A stretch of DNA of 63,089 nt, counting the filler. It is 5 parts of 5 records of this genome, joined end to end, with 100 filler letters (N's around TTAATTAATTAA, not from the genome) between each part and the next. Parts side by side here need not be neighbours in the genome. Positions count along the whole stretch, not along the records: positions 58,017 to 63,089 come from SRR31156797_2614; 4 more parts are not named here. One strand, written 5' to 3'. The notes under the pieces are model-generated. The model was given only the letters and a program-made list of their open reading frames with translations. It was not told the origin of the DNA and did not search any database. Below are positions 58,148 to 63,089 of this stretch, piece by piece. The position numbers and the translations under genes are program-made. Positions within the stretch are counted from its first letter, which is position 1; each line of letters starts with the position of its first letter.

Positions 58148-58858
58148 CTAGTTACCGGCCACAGCGCGTAGCGCTTCGATCTCATTCTTCGTCAATTTCT
58201 TCCATTTGCCGGGTGCGATCTCGTTGGCGGATATTCCGGCAAAGGTATTGCGATGCAGACGATGAACACGTGCGCCGTAATGTTTAAAAATGCGTTTGAC
58301 TTCGCGTTTTTTACCTTCTTTAAGAGTGATGGTGAAATGAGTACGTTTGCGATTCAAGGATTCGGCTTTACCACGAACACGATCGCCATTGTCTTCCAGA
58401 AGGATACCCTTGGGAAGTTCTTCTTCAAGTCCGGGAAGGGGAGGCTGTTTTACAAGCACTTCATATACTTTTTCAACGCCGTGCTTGGGGTGGGTCAGCT
58501 TGTAATTAAGATCGCCGTCATCTGTAAAAAGCAAGACGCCTGTGGTATCTTTATCCAGTCTGCCTACCGGCACAACGCTCAGAACATTCGGTAAAAGGTT
58601 CATCACGGTTTGTGGATTGTGCGGGTCTTTCTTGGATGTTACAAAACCCTGCGGTTTGTGCATTTTAATATAAGTGTAATCGCGTTTGAGTTTGATGAGT
58701 TCGCCGTCAACCAGAACTACGGAATTATTCTCGTCGATCTGAGCGCCGGGATTCATGAAGACCTCACCGTCCACTTGGACGCGGCCTTCAAAGATCAGTT
58801 CATCACAGTTACGTCTTGAGTCAACCCCGCTGTGGGCGAGGAATTTATTTAGTCGCAT
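58148..58858 (-). CDS. rluB: RsuA/RluB-family pseudouridine synthase
   Basis: S4 domain MRLNKFLAHSGVDSRR; HKPQG; VGRLDKDTTG; EGKKREVKR. Confidence 0.9.
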   Translation of the reverse strand: MRLNKFLAHSGVDSRRNCDELIFEGRVQVDGEVFMNPGAQIDENNSVVLVDGELIKLKRDYTYIKMHKPQGFVTSKKDPHNPQTVMNLLPNVLSVVPVGRLDKDTTGVLLFTDDGDLNYKLTHPKHGVEKVYEVLVKQPPLPGLEEELPKGILLEDNGDRVRGKAESLNRKRTHFTITLKEGKKREVKRIFKHYGARVHRLHRNTFAGISANEIAPGKWKKLTKNEIEALRAVAGN

Positions 58859-60017
58859 TGGGTACCTTTCTGGACTCGAGCAAAGTGGTCCGGAGTTCTA
58901 AGAACAGTTCAGCCAAGAGGGCGGGCATGTACATGTTCAAGTTGGAATCCCTTAAAACCTTCTCGATCTTTCGGGTCATTTCAAAATAAGGGAATCCGGG
59001 ATAATATTTTACAAAACCATTCAACTCAGTGATAAGATGTGTGTTGATCAGTTTATCTTTTGCATTGGGAGAGGACGCCAAAAGCTGAGCGTCGCGTAGC
59101 CAGAAGACCATAAAACGCAGCATGTTCCTGAATCCTGTCGGATCGGATTTTGCCATTGCCGTGTATTGTTCGATCAGCTGGGAATAATCAGCCATGGTAA
59201 CCCAGCGGTCACCGATCTTGCCGGCCATCATAACACGCCAGAAATCAAGGATCTGAGAATCTACTTCAGAGAAGTCCGCTTCCATTAGAGCTTTTGCCTG
59301 CTGGACATTGCCTCCGCTGAGTCGGGCAATGCGTTGAGCATTGGAATCATCCTGGCCTTCTTTAACCAGATATTCTTCCAGCTGTTTGTCCGGCACCGGA
59401 TTAAATTTTACGATCTGGCAGCGTGAACGGATGGTGGATGGCAATACTTCCAATGCTGAGGTCGTCAGGATGAAGGTCGTTCGCAGGGGGGGCTCTTCCA
59501 GAATTTTCAACAAGGAGTTCAGTGCCTGAATATTTGCTTTCTCGGCATTGAAGACCAAGACGACCTGACGTCCGCCTTCGGCCGGTTTCATAGCCAGCTC
59601 TTTCTTGATATGTCGAATAGCAGAAATAAGTATCTGGTTTGCACCGGGAATATTAATGCCGCGGTAAGGATCGCGGGTAAGTGCATCACGTTCATCCTGC
59701 ATGGCTGTAAAATCTGCTTCGGTCAATCCGACATATGGATCGTTATCGTTCGGATTTTTTCCTCTGGGCATGGCATGAATAAGATGCAGGTTCGGATGGT
59801 TCAGATGCTGCATTTTTATGCAAGAGGCACAACTGCCACATGCAATGCCGTTTTTGGGATCTTCGCAAAGAAGTCGGGCTGCAAGATTCAAGGCCATGGA
59901 TATTTTACCCGCACCATCCGGCCCGGAAAATAAATAAGCGGAACCCACGCGCTGAGTGGTGATCAGTTTCTGAAATCTATCTGTTATGGTTTGCTGTCCG
60001 ATAAGTTCGTAGATCAT
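58845..60017 (-). CDS. holB: DNA polymerase III subunit delta'
   Basis: AYLFSGPDGAGK, Zn motif C...CGSCASC, HPNL, NSLLKILEEPP, TIRSRC. Confidence 0.88.
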   Translation of the reverse strand: MIYELIGQQTITDRFQKLITTQRVGSAYLFSGPDGAGKISMALNLAARLLCEDPKNGIACGSCASCIKMQHLNHPNLHLIHAMPRGKNPNDNDPYVGLTEADFTAMQDERDALTRDPYRGINIPGANQILISAIRHIKKELAMKPAEGGRQVVLVFNAEKANIQALNSLLKILEEPPLRTTFILTTSALEVLPSTIRSRCQIVKFNPVPDKQLEEYLVKEGQDDSNAQRIARLSGGNVQQAKALMEADFSEVDSQILDFWRVMMAGKIGDRWVTMADYSQLIEQYTAMAKSDPTGFRNMLRFMVFWLRDAQLLASSPNAKDKLINTHLITELNGFVKYYPGFPYFEMTRKIEKVLRDSNLNMYMPALLAELFLELRTTLLESRKVPNATK

Positions 60018-61720
60018 GCGGGATTCAATAGCTCCTCTGCCGTGCGCAGGCTGGCATCACTGAGATTTTCACCACCCACTAGTGCGGCGATCTCCTTAAC
60101 GCGTTCGTTGGATCCAAGCTCATTGATCTGAGCAAAGGTCTCGTTGCCCTTGCTGTATTTGCCCACTTTGTAATGCCGTTCGCCCATAGAAGCGATCTGA
60201 GGCAGGTGAGTAATACATAATATTTGATGATGTTTGGCAAGTTCTTTGATCTGTTCGCCAACTACGTGCGCAATGCGCCCGCTGATACCGGAATCGATCT
60301 CATCGAAGATCAGAGTGGGCATTTCATCGTGCTCTGCCAGCACGGATTTAATGGCCAGCATGATACGTGAGATCTCACCGCCGGATGCGATCTTGATCAG
60401 GGGTTTAAAATTGTCACCGGGGTTGGTGATGATCAGAAATTCAACTTCGTCGATCCCATTGATACCGGGTTCAACCTTCTTGCCTTTAAAATTAATATAG
60501 GAGGGTCCGTCCGTCTCTTTTTGACGAAGATCGACCTGGAATTTTGCGTTGGGCATACCCAAAAGATGCAGACGCTTCTCAATATCACGAGAGAAAGCCT
60601 TGCCGGTATCTTCCAGAATATTATGAAATGCCAGTGCTTTTTTTGCCAGGACGCTTCGAGCACTTTCCAGGGTTTTGGCAAGAGCTTCAAGGCGTGTGTC
60701 GTAATCGGCCTCGGAGCCCATTTCGTCCTTTAGTTGTTCGTAATAGTCGCAGAGCTTATCGAAGTCCATGTTATGTTTGCGCATCTGATAATTGATGGCA
60801 CCCATGCGTTCCTGAAGATGTGAAAGCTTTTCCGGATCATGCTCCATGGTATCGCGATATTCGGCCATGCTTCGGCCGACCTCGGTCAGAGAGATCAATG
60901 CCGATTGCAATTCTTTGGAGGTGTCCTGCTGGGCTTCGTCCACACGCATGATCTCCTGCATGCTCTGCTTGAGGACCTCGATCTGGTGGATGATGGCATT
61001 GTCATCTTCGTAGAGAGCTTGCGCCATCTGATCGGCAGCACCGGCCAGTTTGGAGCTATTCTCCAGCATTTGCAGTTCGTGCTGTATGCTTTCCAGCTCA
61101 CCGCTTTGCGGTTTGATCTCGTCCAATTCTTTGAAATGGAATTCTCTCAACTCGCGTTCACGCAAATAAGTATCTCGCGATTCCAATAGTTCTTTGTATC
61201 TGCGCAGCTGTTGCTTAAAAAGTTGATAAGCTTCACGGTAGTCGCTAATGCTTTGCCTGTCCGCCACGCATTTTCCAAGATACAGTAAATGATTTTTAGG
61301 TTTGAATAATTTCTGGTTCTCATGCTGGCCGTGCATTTCTACCAGATTGGCGCCGATGATCTTCAGGGCGGCAAGCGGAATAAGCTCGTCGTTGAAAAAG
61401 GCACGTGACTTGCCTTTAGCGCTGACCTCACGACGAATTATAATATCGCCGCCGGCATAATCCAATTGAGCATCTTCAAGGGTTCGCTTGACTTCCGGCG
61501 TCAAATTCAATAGATCAAAATGTGCTTCAACCACCGCTTTTTGCGTACCGTGACGGACCATAGAAATATCTGCGCGGTTGCCAAGAGCCAGTCCAAGTGC
61601 ATCAATGATAATAGATTTACCTGCGCCGGTTTCACCGGTTAGCATGGAAAGACCGCGACCCAGTCCAACCTCGACACTTTCGATAATGGCTATGTTATTG
61701 ACGCTGAGTTTTTGAAGCAT
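60014..61720 (-). CDS. recN: DNA repair protein RecN
   Basis: LTGETGAGKS, HGQHE, coiled coil, ASGGEISR, IFDEIDSG, ITHLPQIA. Confidence 0.97.
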   Translation of the reverse strand: MLQKLSVNNIAIIESVEVGLGRGLSMLTGETGAGKSIIIDALGLALGNRADISMVRHGTQKAVVEAHFDLLNLTPEVKRTLEDAQLDYAGGDIIIRREVSAKGKSRAFFNDELIPLAALKIIGANLVEMHGQHENQKLFKPKNHLLYLGKCVADRQSISDYREAYQLFKQQLRRYKELLESRDTYLRERELREFHFKELDEIKPQSGELESIQHELQMLENSSKLAGAADQMAQALYEDDNAIIHQIEVLKQSMQEIMRVDEAQQDTSKELQSALISLTEVGRSMAEYRDTMEHDPEKLSHLQERMGAINYQMRKHNMDFDKLCDYYEQLKDEMGSEADYDTRLEALAKTLESARSVLAKKALAFHNILEDTGKAFSRDIEKRLHLLGMPNAKFQVDLRQKETDGPSYINFKGKKVEPGINGIDEVEFLIITNPGDNFKPLIKIASGGEISRIMLAIKSVLAEHDEMPTLIFDEIDSGISGRIAHVVGEQIKELAKHHQILCITHLPQIASMGERHYKVGKYSKGNETFAQINELGSNERVKEIAALVGGENLSDASLRTAEELLNPA

Positions 61721-61794
61721 GGTTCTTTAAATAGTAATTTATCGTTTTATTGTATTCGTGCAGAACAGACATGTCTGTTCCGTACATCACGTTA

Positions 61795-62421
61795 TTAATT
61801 TTTAATTTCTTCCTGATCTTTATCTCGATTTTCGACTTGTTCCTGAACTAGATCTTCCAGCGTTTGCGGTTGGCTTTCGCCATGGGCGAACAATTCATCC
61901 AGTTCGCGGGTCCTGGGCAGATCGGCCGGTGTAGCCAGTCCAAAATAACGAAGAAATTCTTCGGTTGTAGCATAGAGAAGTGGACGGCCCGGAGCATCCG
62001 AGCGACCGGAAACGGTAACGAGTTCGCGTTCCAGCAGCGTAGAAATAACAGCTGAACAGTTCACACCGCGCACACGTTCGATCTCGGGTTTACTGATGGG
62101 TTGCTTGTACGCGATCACCGCGAGTGTTTCCAAGGCGGCGTATGTTAATCTTGCGCGGACGTTGCGGTTGATATAATTCCGGACGACATTTTCGTATTTA
62201 TTCAAGGTTACGATCTGATAACCTTTGCCGACCGGCATGATATGAAAACCATTCTGGTTGACCTTATATCGGTCGTTGAGTTCTTCAACTGTCGCGGGAA
62301 GGTCGATCTTATGGCCGTCGTCAATGCATTCTTTCAGTCGTTCGGGTGTCAGCGGCACATCGCTGGCGATGAGAAGAGCTTCCACCAGTTGCATATCGAG
62401 TATGGTCGTATTATTGTTCAC
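61795..62421 (-). CDS. scpB: SMC-Scp complex subunit ScpB
   Basis: VEALL, LETLAVIAYKQP, ERVRGV, PGRPLLYATTEEFLRYFGL. Confidence 0.96.
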   Translation of the reverse strand: MNNNTTILDMQLVEALLIASDVPLTPERLKECIDDGHKIDLPATVEELNDRYKVNQNGFHIMPVGKGYQIVTLNKYENVVRNYINRNVRARLTYAALETLAVIAYKQPISKPEIERVRGVNCSAVISTLLERELVTVSGRSDAPGRPLLYATTEEFLRYFGLATPADLPRTRELDELFAHGESQPQTLEDLVQEQVENRDKDQEEIKN

Positions 62422-62422
62422 A

Positions 62423-63089
62423 TCATTCTCCGGGTTCTCTGTGTTCGATCACAAAATCATCAAAGGTCTTTGCCTGTTTCACGCGGATCTGGTGATTTTT
62501 CATCATATCAAGAATAGCCATAACCGTGACCACCAGCACCAATTTGCTTTTGATCTCCTTGATCAGCGTAGAAAAATTCACCTTGGGGCTTTTGTGCAGA
62601 TGTTTGTAAATAAAATCCACCTGCTCACCGATACTGGAGGACTCGATCTCCACTTCGTGATCTTTGGGATCTGTCGGCATACGGTCAAGAGCCTGTTTGT
62701 AGGCGTTCAGGATATCAAAAAGCGAGATATGGTTCAAGGCGTCTTCCGGCACCAGGTCATGATCGATGTAATCCCAATTCGGTTTACGCGGAAATTCACC
62801 GGCATGCTCCGATTCCAGTTTTTGCAGCTCCCCGCCGATCTCTTTGAAATATTGGTATTCGAGCAAACGCTGGACCAACTCATTGCGTGGATCCTCGATC
62901 TCCTCGTTATCAATGCCTTCCTGAACGCGGGGAATGAGCATTTTTGCCTTGATACGCATGAGCATGGCCGCCATGGCGACGAACTCGCCGGCGACTTGTA
63001 AATTCAGGGTGGTCATCATATCTAAATATTCAAGATAATCCTTCGTTACCTTCGTGATCGGAATATCATAAATATTGATCTCATCCCGC
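62423..63089 (-). CDS. scpA: Segregation/condensation protein ScpA, 5'-truncated by the window edge
   Basis: Frame open to the edge (DEINIYDIPI...), AGEFVAMAA, KAKMLIP, DPRNELVQRLLEY. Confidence 0.95.
   Translation of the reverse strand, partial: RDEINIYDIPITKVTKDYLEYLDMMTTLNLQVAGEFVAMAAMLMRIKAKMLIPRVQEGIDNEEIEDPRNELVQRLLEYQYFKEIGGELQKLESEHAGEFPRKPNWDYIDHDLVPEDALNHISLFDILNAYKQALDRMPTDPKDHEVEIESSSIGEQVDFIYKHLHKSPKVNFSTLIKEIKSKLVLVVTVMAILDMMKNHQIRVKQAKTFDDFVIEHREPGE

Noticed and set aside
1-63089. tRNA, rRNA or transposase genes
   Set aside because: None recognised by eye; a tRNAscan/Infernal run would be needed to exclude them fully.

Overview
This window is not one locus. It is five contigs joined by artificial 100-bp linkers (44 N + TTAATTAATTAA + 44 N), so gene context must not be read across the linkers. 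Taxonomic labels below are inferred from gene content only. Contig 1 (1-18474, FCB-group-like): purine-nucleoside phosphorylase, hisS, a CpoB/YbgF-like TPR lipoprotein, carAB, REP-like palindromes, and a four-gene outer-membrane cluster (secreted FG-GAP-like protein, TonB-dependent receptor, 1109-aa Ca-binding-repeat protein, PorV/PorQ-family barrel). Contig 2 (18575-37543): part of a conjugative plasmid or ICE, with topoisomerase III, a VirB/VirD4 type IV secretion operon and a run of small unknown ORFs; no relaxase or integrase is visible. Contig 3 (37644-51750, Bacteroidales-like): T9SS type-B CTD protein, PorP/SprF, OmpA/PorE-like protein, accessory genes, rplU, rpmA, serS. Contig 4 (51851-57916, Desulfovibrio-like): AapJQMP-type amino-acid ABC transporter, SIMPL protein, SNF2 helicase tail. 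Contig 5 (58017-63089): scpA-scpB-recN-holB-rluB. The most unusual signals are in contig 2. (i) virB9 is split exactly at its domain boundary, and the C-terminal domain is fused behind a VirB7-like lipoprotein. (ii) A 653-aa Cys-repeat/Gly-rich adhesin-like gene between virB10 and virB11 is bracketed by a 10-bp direct repeat. (iii) Two apparently related structured intergenic elements lie after virB10 and after virB1. (iv) A cassette-like array of small unrelated exported/membrane genes shares leaders and a 29-bp repeat.
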